Positions 27,694 through 36,800 of a DNA stretch of 64,000 nt are shown one piece after another (position 1 is the first letter of the stretch; each line of letters opens with the position of its first letter). The position numbers and the translations under genes were made by a program. The stretch lies in the NCBI GenBank assembly GCA_034189125.1, contig JAXHVB010000018.1, positions 775 through 64,774 on the forward strand. Reading direction: 5' to 3'. This DNA comes from Pseudomonadota bacterium. Its GTDB lineage: Bacteria > Pseudomonadota > Gammaproteobacteria > Pseudomonadales > UBA5862. The notes beneath the pieces were generated by a model. That model was not told the DNA's origin. It saw nothing but the letters and a program-made list of their open reading frames with translations, and did not search any database.

Positions 27694-29007
27694 ATGCGTG
27701 ATTTGTTCGTCACCGTTGTGGTTCTTGGCAGTTTGCCGATGATCCTGTTTCGCCCGTACCTTGGCATCCTGATGTGGTCATGGCTTGCGTACATGAATCC
27801 CCACAAGCTCTCCTGGGGGTTTGCGCGCGACTTTCCCTTCGCGATGCTGGTGGCGCTGGTGACCTTGATGGGGCTGCTGCTGGCGACGGAAAGCAAACGG
27901 GTTCCGCGTTCGTCGATCACGGTGTTGCTTGGCGTGTTCACCCTGTGGATGTTGCTGACCACGTTGCAGGCGACCTATCCGCAACTTGCCTGGTACCAGT
28001 GGGACAAGGTGTGGAAGATCATGCTGATGACGTTCGTCATCATCATGATGCTGCAGAGTCGGGCTCGAATCGACGCGCTGATCTGGGTGATGGCCGCTTC
28101 GATCGCGTTCTACGGCATCAAGGGGGGCATTTTTACCCTGACCACAGGCGGTGCCTACGCGGTTTATGGTCCGGATGGAACCTTCATCGGAGGCAACAAC
28201 GAGATTGGTCTGGCGCTCATCATGACCATCCCGTTGCTGCGGTACCTGCAATTGCAGGCGCCCAATCCGGTGCTCAAACGCGTACTGACGCCGGTCATGG
28301 TGCTCTGCTTCATCTCCGTGATTGGTACCCAATCCCGGGGTGCGTTGGTGGCGGTCACGGTGATGCTGGCGTTCTTCATTCTCAAGAGCCGCCGCCGGTT
28401 TGGGTTTTTGTTGCTGCTGGCGATCGTCGCGCCGCTGATTTGGAATTTCATGCCCGATACCTGGCATGACCGAATGGCCACCATCGACGACTACCAGGAA
28501 GACGCCTCTGCCATGGGCCGCATCAATGCGTGGTGGATGGCGTTCAATCTGGCGCAGGCGGAGTTTTTCGGTGGCGGCTTCGAGTGTTTTCGCCGTGGCA
28601 TGTTTCGCCTCTATGCACCCACTCCCTGGGATGTGCACGATGCCCACAGCATCTATTTCGAGGTGCTGGGGGAGCACGGTTTTGTGGGGCTGGCACTGTT
28701 TCTCGGAATAGGGGTGGTGGGTTTGCAAACCGCGCGCTCGATCATTCGTGAAACCAAACACGACCCGGACAAGCGCTGGATGGCTGACCTCGCCGCCATG
28801 CTGCAGGTGAGCCTGATCGGCTATGCTGCGGCGGGCATGTTCCTGGGGCTTGCGTATTTTGACTTCTACTATGCCCTGCTGGCGATCCTGGTGGCAGCCC
28901 GGCAGCTGTTGACGAGCGGCGAGCCCCTGGCGGGGCTGTTGACCCTGCGCAAGCGCACGCCCGAGGCCAGCAGGGAACCTGCCGGTGTGGGTGCTCCGGC
29001 CGTCTGA
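27694..29007 (+). CDS. Wzy/O-antigen-ligase-like polytopic membrane protein (putative O-glycosylation ligase/polymerase, exosortase-A-associated)
   Basis: RBS AGGAGA at 27683. About 10-12 TM helices with a Wzy_C-like segment (GTQSRGALVAVTVMLAFFIL) and a periplasmic loop carrying AHSIYFEVLGEHG. Hand-counted stretches are locally low in GC (~53-55%). Confidence 0.8.
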   Translation: MRDLFVTVVVLGSLPMILFRPYLGILMWSWLAYMNPHKLSWGFARDFPFAMLVALVTLMGLLLATESKRVPRSSITVLLGVFTLWMLLTTLQATYPQLAWYQWDKVWKIMLMTFVIIMMLQSRARIDALIWVMAASIAFYGIKGGIFTLTTGGAYAVYGPDGTFIGGNNEIGLALIMTIPLLRYLQLQAPNPVLKRVLTPVMVLCFISVIGTQSRGALVAVTVMLAFFILKSRRRFGFLLLLAIVAPLIWNFMPDTWHDRMATIDDYQEDASAMGRINAWWMAFNLAQAEFFGGGFECFRRGMFRLYAPTPWDVHDAHSIYFEVLGEHGFVGLALFLGIGVVGLQTARSIIRETKHDPDKRWMADLAAMLQVSLIGYAAAGMFLGLAYFDFYYALLAILVAARQLLTSGEPLAGLLTLRKRTPEASREPAGVGAPAV

Positions 29008-29019
29008 CTGAGCGAAGCG

Positions 29020-29949
29020 ATGAGCGATTGGTGGGTCAAAGTCGACAAAACCCTGCGTCACCACGCCCAGGGTGGTGTGCAGGCGCTGCGCGCCCTGGCC
29101 TGGCCCCTGTTGCGCCAACCGGCCGCCCCGGTCTTTGTCGTCGGCTGCAGCCGGGCGGGCACGACCCTGGTGTACAAGACGCTGTCCGAATCCCCGGAGC
29201 TTGGCAGCCTGCAACGTGAAACCCACGACTACTGGGCTGGGTTGCACCCGCCGAGCGAGACAGGCTGGCAGACCCATGCGATCGCACCCGAGCAGGCCAA
29301 CCCCGACGAGGCCAACCGAGTCGCACGGGACTTTTTTGTGGGAACCGGCCGCCACCACTGGGTCGACAAGAACAACCAGAATGGCCTGTCGGTGCCTTAC
29401 CTCCTTGGTTTGTTCCCGCGCGCCCGTTTCGTGTACGTGAAGCGGGCGCCTGGCGACAACATCAACAGCCTCATTGAGGGTTGGAACAAACCCGAGGAGT
29501 TTGCCACCTGGTCGGACCGCCTGCCGGGGTCCGTGGCAATCGACGGCGGGCGCATTCAGCGCTGGTGCTTTTTCTTGGCCGCGGGCTGGGAGGCGCTGCG
29601 CGCCGCCCCCCTTGCCCAAGTGGCCGCGTTTCAGTACCGCGCAATGAATGACGCCATTCTGTCGGCCCGGGAGGCGGTTCCTGCAAGCCAGTGGGCCGAA
29701 GTCCACTATGAAGACCTGGTCACCGACCCAGTCGAAGAGTTCCGCCGCCTTTTCAGGGACTGCGCCCTGGAATTCGATGCGGCGACCGAGCACCACTGCC
29801 GCAGGGTTCTGGAACGGCCTTACAACGCATTTTCTCCCATTGGGCTCGAAAAGTGGCGCAGCGGACCGCATGCCCCTGCCATCGAGGCGGTGCTGCCGGA
29901 GGTGGGTGCAGTGGCCGGGCGCATGGGTTATCCGGCTGATGCCGCATGA
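29020..29949 (+). CDS. sulfotransferase (PAPS-dependent family)
   Basis: 5'-phosphosulfate-binding loop VVGCSRAGTTLVYK and 3'-phosphate-binding segment YVKRAPGDNINSL. Confidence 0.75.
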   Translation: MSDWWVKVDKTLRHHAQGGVQALRALAWPLLRQPAAPVFVVGCSRAGTTLVYKTLSESPELGSLQRETHDYWAGLHPPSETGWQTHAIAPEQANPDEANRVARDFFVGTGRHHWVDKNNQNGLSVPYLLGLFPRARFVYVKRAPGDNINSLIEGWNKPEEFATWSDRLPGSVAIDGGRIQRWCFFLAAGWEALRAAPLAQVAAFQYRAMNDAILSAREAVPASQWAEVHYEDLVTDPVEEFRRLFRDCALEFDAATEHHCRRVLERPYNAFSPIGLEKWRSGPHAPAIEAVLPEVGAVAGRMGYPADAA

Positions 29950-31115
29950 GTGCATGGATGGTTGCCGTGGGCGGGCTGGTGCTCTGGGGGCTGCTGCTGG
30001 TGGCTGGCCTGCTGCGCCACCGCCGTGTGCTGCTCAATTTGTGGCGCGAGCCGGTGCTTCGAGTCCCGGTGTTGGCGTTCGAGAGCGATGACTGGAGCCC
30101 GCAGCCGCAGTCGCAGGCCGGTGCGCTCAGGGCCCTGAGCGAGGTGCTCGCACGCCACCGCGACGTCGATGGCAATCCTGGCCTCATGACCTTGGGGCTG
30201 GTGTCGACTTCCCCGCAGCTGGAACCCACCGGGGCGGTCCAGTGGATTGACTGGTCCGATCCACAGGTCGCCTCCACCCGCAGCGCGGTCCTGGAGGGGG
30301 TGGAAGCGGGCATTTTTGCGCTGCAGCTGCATGGCGCAGCCCATTGCTGGGAGCCCGCCTTTGAGGCTTGGGCGGCCGGTCAAGCGAGCGCCGAAGGGCT
30401 GTCACCGCTCAACGAGGTGCTTCCCGATGCCCTGCAAAGCCGGTGGTGGGATCCGTATGCGGACCCACCGGCGCCGGTGGGCCCGCGGAGCGCCGAAGCC
30501 GCGGCCCATGCAGAGGCGCTTGGCTTTCAATCCCATTGGGGTGCGGTGCCCGCTGTTGCAGTCCCACCCACGTTTTTGTGGAGCCATGCGGTGGAGCAAG
30601 GCTGGCGCCGTGGCGGGGTTCGCTGGGTGGTGACGCCAGGTGCCCGCTTCGCCGGGCGGGATCGGTCTGGGCGAATGCAGCCTGCGGAGTCGGGCCTATG
30701 CAATGGCGTTCGCTCGGTCACTGGCCTGCGCTATCTGGTTCGCGATTCGTACTACGAACCCTGGAAAGGCCACGCGCCTGAGGTGGCGCTTGCAGCGCTG
30801 GCGCGACAAACCCGATTGGGGCGTCCCACCTTTTTGGAAATCCACCGCTGCAACTTCATTCCCGACCAGGGATGCGCTGACGACGCGCTGACCGGCACCG
30901 AAGCCGTGTTGCGCCTGGCGCTGGAGCAGCGTCCCAGCCTGCGCTTCATGTCGCCGCAGGAGCTGGGGGAGCGCTTGGAGCACCGGCGCAGCGATGACCT
31001 GTTCGAGCGGGGCCTCGTGCGGGTCCGCATGTGGCTGCGGCGCTGCGGGGTTGCCCCTGCGCTGTCGCGCTGGCTCAAAGCCACTGGACTTTGGCCGCTG
31101 GTGAAGCTGGCATGA
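29946..31115 (+). CDS. hypothetical membrane-anchored protein (possible deacetylase-like/DUF2334-like fold, weak)
   Basis: ATGA-coupled on both sides. An N-terminal TM (VAVGGLVLWGLLLVAGLL) is followed by VLAFESDDW and LQLHGAAHCWEP, which loosely resemble the metal-binding DD and HxxH segments of polysaccharide-deacetylase-like folds. No confident family. Confidence 0.55.
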   Translation: MSAWMVAVGGLVLWGLLLVAGLLRHRRVLLNLWREPVLRVPVLAFESDDWSPQPQSQAGALRALSEVLARHRDVDGNPGLMTLGLVSTSPQLEPTGAVQWIDWSDPQVASTRSAVLEGVEAGIFALQLHGAAHCWEPAFEAWAAGQASAEGLSPLNEVLPDALQSRWWDPYADPPAPVGPRSAEAAAHAEALGFQSHWGAVPAVAVPPTFLWSHAVEQGWRRGGVRWVVTPGARFAGRDRSGRMQPAESGLCNGVRSVTGLRYLVRDSYYEPWKGHAPEVALAALARQTRLGRPTFLEIHRCNFIPDQGCADDALTGTEAVLRLALEQRPSLRFMSPQELGERLEHRRSDDLFERGLVRVRMWLRRCGVAPALSRWLKATGLWPLVKLA

Positions 31116-32071
31116 GTGCCCCGGCGCCGAAGTTTTCCATTGTGATCCCGGTCTACAACGGCGCCGAAACCTTGGCGCGGGCAGTCGATTCGGTTCTGGC
31201 GCAGACCCATCCAGCCCACGAAATCCTGATTGTGGACGACGGCTCCACCGACAGCACGGCACAGATTGCCGGCCGGTATGACGCGCCGGTGCGCTATGTT
31301 CACCAGCCGAACCAAGGGGTCTCCGCGGCGCGCAACCTGGGCGCACGCGAGGCCGTTGGGGATTGGCTGGCCTTTCTGGACGCGGACGACCACTACTACC
31401 CGAATCGGCTGCAGGTGCACGCCCAGATGCTCGCCGAGGTGCCCGACCTTGACCTGATGACGGCAGATTTCGACTACCTGGACCTGCAAGGCCAGGTTCT
31501 CGGACGTTCGCTGACGGCGAACCCACTGGGTCGGTCCCTGTTGGCGCGAGCCACTGGGTCTTCACTGGTGGTGGACGCGCCCACTGAGCTGGCGCAGTTC
31601 GTGGCCCAGCACTTTGGGGACACCCACACGCTGAGTGTGCGCCGCGCGCGTTTTCTGGAGGCCGGCGGCTATCCGCTTGGGTTCCCGGTGTGCGAAGACG
31701 TACACCTTCTGGTGCGTTTGACCGTGGCAGCGTCCCGCATCGGCGTGTGGCTCGAGCCTGTGGCTGCGTATGTGGTCCATGCAGGCAGCGCCACCCGCAA
31801 AGACCCGGTCCGGGCGCAGCGTGAAACGGTCCGCGCGCTCAGTGATCTGCGGATCCGGATCGCGGCTCCGTCTTGGGCCCGGCGCGGGGTGGCCGAGGGC
31901 CTGCGCCAGGCCCGCTTCGACTGGGCCGTGGCGTTGCTGCGCACTGGGAGGCGCGGCGAGGCGGTGGCGGCGATGGCACCGGCCGTCTGGGGATGTCCAG
32001 GCTGGACCAGCTGGCGCAATCTCGCAGCCGTGGTGCGCACTGCGCTCACCCCGAATGGCCAGCCGACATGA
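31112..32071 (+). CDS. GT2 glycosyltransferase
   Basis: ATG at 31112 (ATGA overlap). Motifs FSIVIPVYNGAETLARAVDSVLAQT, ILIVDDGSTD and FLDADD. Confidence 0.85.
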   Translation: MSAPAPKFSIVIPVYNGAETLARAVDSVLAQTHPAHEILIVDDGSTDSTAQIAGRYDAPVRYVHQPNQGVSAARNLGAREAVGDWLAFLDADDHYYPNRLQVHAQMLAEVPDLDLMTADFDYLDLQGQVLGRSLTANPLGRSLLARATGSSLVVDAPTELAQFVAQHFGDTHTLSVRRARFLEAGGYPLGFPVCEDVHLLVRLTVAASRIGVWLEPVAAYVVHAGSATRKDPVRAQRETVRALSDLRIRIAAPSWARRGVAEGLRQARFDWAVALLRTGRRGEAVAAMAPAVWGCPGWTSWRNLAAVVRTALTPNGQPT

Positions 32072-33288
32072 GTGGCTCACCGAAGCGATCGGAGGCCACG
32101 GGGCCTGTGGTGCCCATGTTGATGTTGACTGAACTGTTCTTGCCCACCAAGGGTGGCACTGCGGTTTGGTTCGACGAGGTCTGCCGTCGACTCGGAGACA
32201 AAGAGGTGCAGGTGGTCACGGCGCAAGTCCCCGGCGCAACCGGCCATGACCGCAACCACCCCAACCGAATTCGGCGAGTGCAGCTCGGCCGTCACCCCTG
32301 GCTTCGTCCTGAAAGTCTGCAGATGTACTGGCGCTTGTTCGCCGAAGGGTGGAAGGCGAGCGCCCGGGGGCAGGTGCGGGTGGTGCACGCGGGGCGAGGC
32401 TTGCCCGAGGGGCTCGTCGGCCTGGTGATCGCCCGGGCACGGCGGGTGCCCTTGATTGTGTACGCCCACGGCGAAGAGATCACCACCTGGACCCAGCCCC
32501 TGAAGGCCCGTTTCTTGCGCGAGGTCTACCGTCGGGCACAGGCCGTGGTCGCGAACAGCCGCTTCACCTTGGGCGCGCTTGAGGGGCTTGGTGTCGATCC
32601 CGAACGGATTCATCTTGTGTTTCCCGGGGTGGATCTTGCGCGCTTTCATCCCGGGCTTGCGGCGAGCGACTTGCGTGCCCAGGTGGACTGCGCTGGCGGC
32701 CGCAAGCTGGTGCTTTCGGTTGGCCGTCTGAGCCGGCGCAAAGGCTTTGATCGCGTGATTGAAGCCCTGCCGGGCCTTCAGCGCGCTGGGATCGATGTCG
32801 CCCATGCGATCATCGGCATTGGCGAGGAGGAGCCCCACCTGCGTGCGCTGGCGAACCGGCTCGGGGTTGCGGACCGGGTGTTCTTTCTGGGACAGGTCGC
32901 GGCCGATGACCTGCCCCGTTGGTACAATGCGGCGGATGTGTTCGCCATGCCGAACCGGGACGTGGATGGAGACACCGAGGGGTTTGGAATGGTCTACATT
33001 GAGGCCGCTGCCTGTGGGCGGACGAGTCTGGCAGGTTTGGCTGGTGGAACCGGTGACGCGGTCTTGGATGGGGAGACCGGCCTGCGGGTTGAGGGTGCCT
33101 CCAGCGACGCAGTCGAGGCGGCGCTCCGGCGTTTGCTGGCCGATGACTCCCTGAGAGACCGGTTGGCGACCCGGGCGCTGGCGCGCGCCCGCCAAGAGAT
33201 GGGTTGGGATCGGGTCACTGCCCAAACACGGGCGCTGCATGGCAAACTCGGCCTGGATGCCCAAGGAGCGACAGGAGAATGTGTATGA
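32068..33288 (+). CDS. GT4 glycosyltransferase
   Basis: ATG at 32068 (ATGA overlap). Motifs LTELFLPTKGGTAVW, GRLSRRKGFD and EGFGMVYIEAAACGRTSLAG. Confidence 0.85.
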   Translation: MSGSPKRSEATGPVVPMLMLTELFLPTKGGTAVWFDEVCRRLGDKEVQVVTAQVPGATGHDRNHPNRIRRVQLGRHPWLRPESLQMYWRLFAEGWKASARGQVRVVHAGRGLPEGLVGLVIARARRVPLIVYAHGEEITTWTQPLKARFLREVYRRAQAVVANSRFTLGALEGLGVDPERIHLVFPGVDLARFHPGLAASDLRAQVDCAGGRKLVLSVGRLSRRKGFDRVIEALPGLQRAGIDVAHAIIGIGEEEPHLRALANRLGVADRVFFLGQVAADDLPRWYNAADVFAMPNRDVDGDTEGFGMVYIEAAACGRTSLAGLAGGTGDAVLDGETGLRVEGASSDAVEAALRRLLADDSLRDRLATRALARARQEMGWDRVTAQTRALHGKLGLDAQGATGECV

Positions 33289-33896
33289 TCGATCGGGTGG
33301 ACGCAGTGGCCAGGGCCCAGAGGGCGTGGCAGAAGGTGACACGCGGGCTCTGTGTGTTGCTGGCGATGGGTGCTTCGGGTGGGGCGCTGGGGGCCGAAGG
33401 CTTTGCCAAAACACCGCAGGAGGAAGCCATGTGCAACGCGGCGATTTATCGCGGGCGGGACACCAGCGACCGCAACAACTGGCAGCACATGCACCACTAC
33501 TGCGATTGTCTGCGCTTTGCCCGCCGCGCCATGACCCAACCCGCCGCCTCCTCGGCACGCAGCCACAACATCAGCCGTGCCCTGGATGGCTGCGACTATG
33601 TGCTGGACCACACCAGTTCAGGCTTCTACATGCAGCCGGCCGTACGGGCTTCACGGGCCTACGTGTTGATGCTGGACAAGCGCTACCGCGACGCGGTGGC
33701 GGAGTACGAGCGGGCACTGCGGCAGGATCCGAATTACCTCAAGGCCTACATGGGGTTGTTCGACGCCTGGTCTGCAGCCGGTGACCTGCAGTCGGCCCGC
33801 AAGGCCGCCGAGCGGGGGCTTGCCATTTCCCCCAACTCCAAGGCACTGCAGCGGCGTCTGCGCAAGGTCACCCAAGAAGGTGAGGCGGACGGCTAG
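33285..33896 (+). CDS. small secreted TPR-repeat protein
   Basis: ATG at 33285 (ATGA overlap, AGGAG 8 nt upstream). Signal-like LCVLLAMGASGGALGAEG. C-terminal TPR-like helices (YRDAVAEYERALRQDPNYLKAYMGLFDAW, GDLQSARKAAERGLAISPNS). Confidence 0.6.
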   Translation: MIDRVDAVARAQRAWQKVTRGLCVLLAMGASGGALGAEGFAKTPQEEAMCNAAIYRGRDTSDRNNWQHMHHYCDCLRFARRAMTQPAASSARSHNISRALDGCDYVLDHTSSGFYMQPAVRASRAYVLMLDKRYRDAVAEYERALRQDPNYLKAYMGLFDAWSAAGDLQSARKAAERGLAISPNSKALQRRLRKVTQEGEADG

Positions 33897-36800
33897 CGCG
33901 CCTTGGACGCTGCAGTCCGCTGGGATGCCTTGGCAGCGTCGCTGACTGCGGGGGTCATCACTGGGTCCTGCGCGAGCCACTGTTCCAGTTCGGCAATCAG
34001 GCCTGCGCCCACCTTGGGGTGTTGGTCGAGCACATCGAACTTGCAGCCGGGGTCGGTGCGCAGATCAAATAGCAGGTACATTGGGCCGGCCTCAAGCGGC
34101 TGGTAGACCAGTTTCCATCCGTCCCGACACAGCATCCGGTCCTTGGCCCGCACGATGTCGGCTTGGTGTTCGGCCTTGATGCTGAGGGTTCCGGTTTCCT
34201 TGTCAGACACCTCCAGCAGATCGAGCAACTGTGGGTAGCGCAGGTGTCCCGGCGGAGTGCCCGGGAGGTCGGTCAGCCAGATGCCGGTCTCATTGATCGC
34301 CGGGCGAACCTCCGTGAAGCTGTGGCTGTTCCACCACGGCAGGACCGATGCGCCATCCACCGACTGCGGCACCGGCAGTTCGAGCAGTTCCAGCAAGGTG
34401 GGCATCAAGTCGATGCTCCGCACCAGATCGGTGACTCGCCCCCGGCCGGCGCGGCGCGGATCGGCAATCACCAGGGGCACCCGCGGACTGGCATCGCCCC
34501 TGGCTGAATTCCCCTGTCCCCAGGTGTCGTGTTCAAAGAACTCCATGCCGTGGTCGCTGTAGATGACCACAATGGTGTTGTCGGCCATGCCGCGGGCCGA
34601 GAGGTCGTCCAGTACCTTGCCCACTTCGTCGTCGAATTCCGCGACGCAGCTGTCGTACAGGTTCAGTACTTGGTCCAGATCAAACTCCTCGCGGGCCTCT
34701 CCCTGGCGCTCGATGATGTCAAATGGGTCGGTGAGCCGTGCCATGGCGAAGCGCGATTCACCTGCATAGTCGGGGGAGGTAAACCGTGTGTAGTAGGGGT
34801 GGCGGGCGCCGAACGGCGGATGGGTGGTGGAGAAAAACGTGTTGAGGAAAAACGGTTTGTTGGACTTTCCCAGCGCGTTCAGCGCCGCCCGAGTCCGCTG
34901 ACCAAGCAGGTCCGTGGTGGGGATGCCGCCCAGAAAGTGCAGCTCGGGTAGCAGCTGGCGGCCCGCGCAACCCTGGGAAAACAGCGAGAGAAACAGCCGC
35001 AGGTCCCGAGGTCCCTGGCGAATGAGGTACTTTAGGTTCCACTGGTCATCCGGCAAATCCAGCTGCTCGAAACCAAAGCTGAACTTGCCGAAATCGGCCC
35101 CGCACCAGTCGGAGACGACCGCAGTCTGGTAGCCTGCGTCCCTCAGAATCGTGGCCAAATCGGCGGACTTGATTTGCACCTCGGCGTCCGAGACAAAGTT
35201 GTCGCGCACACCGTGGTGGTGCGGCCAGGTGCCGGTAAAGAGTGACAGCAGACTCGGCGCTGTGCGGGCACAGGGCACGTAGCAGTTGGTGAAGCCGATC
35301 CCGCCGGCGATCAACGCATCGATTCTTGGGGTGAGCGAGGCGCCATTGCGCTGGGCACCGATGCGGTCGGCGCGCAGCGTGTCGGATCCCAGCATCAGGA
35401 GGTTTGGAGGTGACTTGTGCGCACGGCCTCTGCGGGGTCCTAGCCGGGGTCCGCGGGTGTCAGGCAACAGCCAATCCAGGCCACCGGCAAGCACCAGCAT
35501 CGCGCCTGCTAGCGTTGCCATGGCCGGCCAGTTGCCAGCGGCGGCGGCGTCAGCGAGCGCGAGCACCATGGGCGCACAGGCGCCGGCCACAAGGGCGCTG
35601 CCGAACACAGACAGCCGCCCCGGCGTCAGTTGCTTCCACAGGGGGTAGAGCCGACTCCAGCGGTAGCTGATTGAAGCCACCAGGGCCGCCGGCTGGTGCA
35701 GCAACATCGAACAGAACCGCCAGGAACAGGTGCCTGCGATGGCCGCAAGCGGAGCGAGCCAGGGGCCCCAAGCCAAGGATTCTGCGGTGGGAAACACCTG
35801 GACGAGCGCCCACCAGGAGACGGCGCCGATGCTGGCAAGGAACGCGATCAGCAGCCAACTCCAGGCTGCCAGGCGCGCCACGGCAAAGACCGTGTAGCGG
35901 CGATAGTGATTGAGGATTTCCTCGCGAATTTGGGGGCCCGTCTGGCTGAAGTGCAGGACCGACTTCACTGTCAGGGCCGCGGTGAACAAGGTTGCAAGCC
36001 CTGCGGCTGGACCAAGCGTTGGGGCCAGGGTGTTCGCATCCTGGTTGGTGAACCAACCGATGGCATACAGGAGGGCACCCGACGCGGCGAGCCCAGCAGG
36101 GCGCCGTGGCCGTGGCCAAAACTGCCTGCGGCGGTGGCTGCGGTTGTGGTCCTGCCGGGCAGCGACCACGCCTGCACACTCCCCCAGCGTGGCCGCCAAC
36201 CGCATCGCATAGAAGTGGCGCTTGTGTGGATTGAAAGTGAACAGCGCGCGCGCCAAGTGGGCGATGAGCAGGCGCCAGACGTACAGCGGAATTTTTCGCC
36301 GCTGGGTGTGAATGCGCATGCTCGCTTTCGAGCGGTGGTAGCTTTTTTTCAGTAGGTAGCTGCGCTTGAGCCGGTCGTGTTCGACGTGGTGACGCTGGCG
36401 CATGCCGGCCAGGTAGTACAGCCGTTCGCCGTGGTGCAGCGCCCGCGCTAGGAATTCGCTGTCTTCCCCGCCTCCGAGGTCGTGACCTCGGGGTCCAAGC
36501 TCCAGGGAATAGCCGCCGATCTCTGCAAAGATGCGGGTCTGGAGCACGAGGTTACCGCCACTCGGACGCGCGTCGCCTTCGCGCAGCCGGTGGTCCTGGT
36601 CTCCGAGATCAAACTGTGGCACCGGCAGTGGATAGATGCGGTACTTGCCTTGCTCGTGCACCCAATCGGGCTCGGTGCCATCCCAGTCAGGCAGCAGGCG
36701 GCCACAGAACATGCTCGCCGTCGGGTGTTGGTCGATGCCGGTGGCGATGGCTGTGAAAAAATTTGGGTCGACGCGCTGGTCATCGTCCACGATGGTGGCC

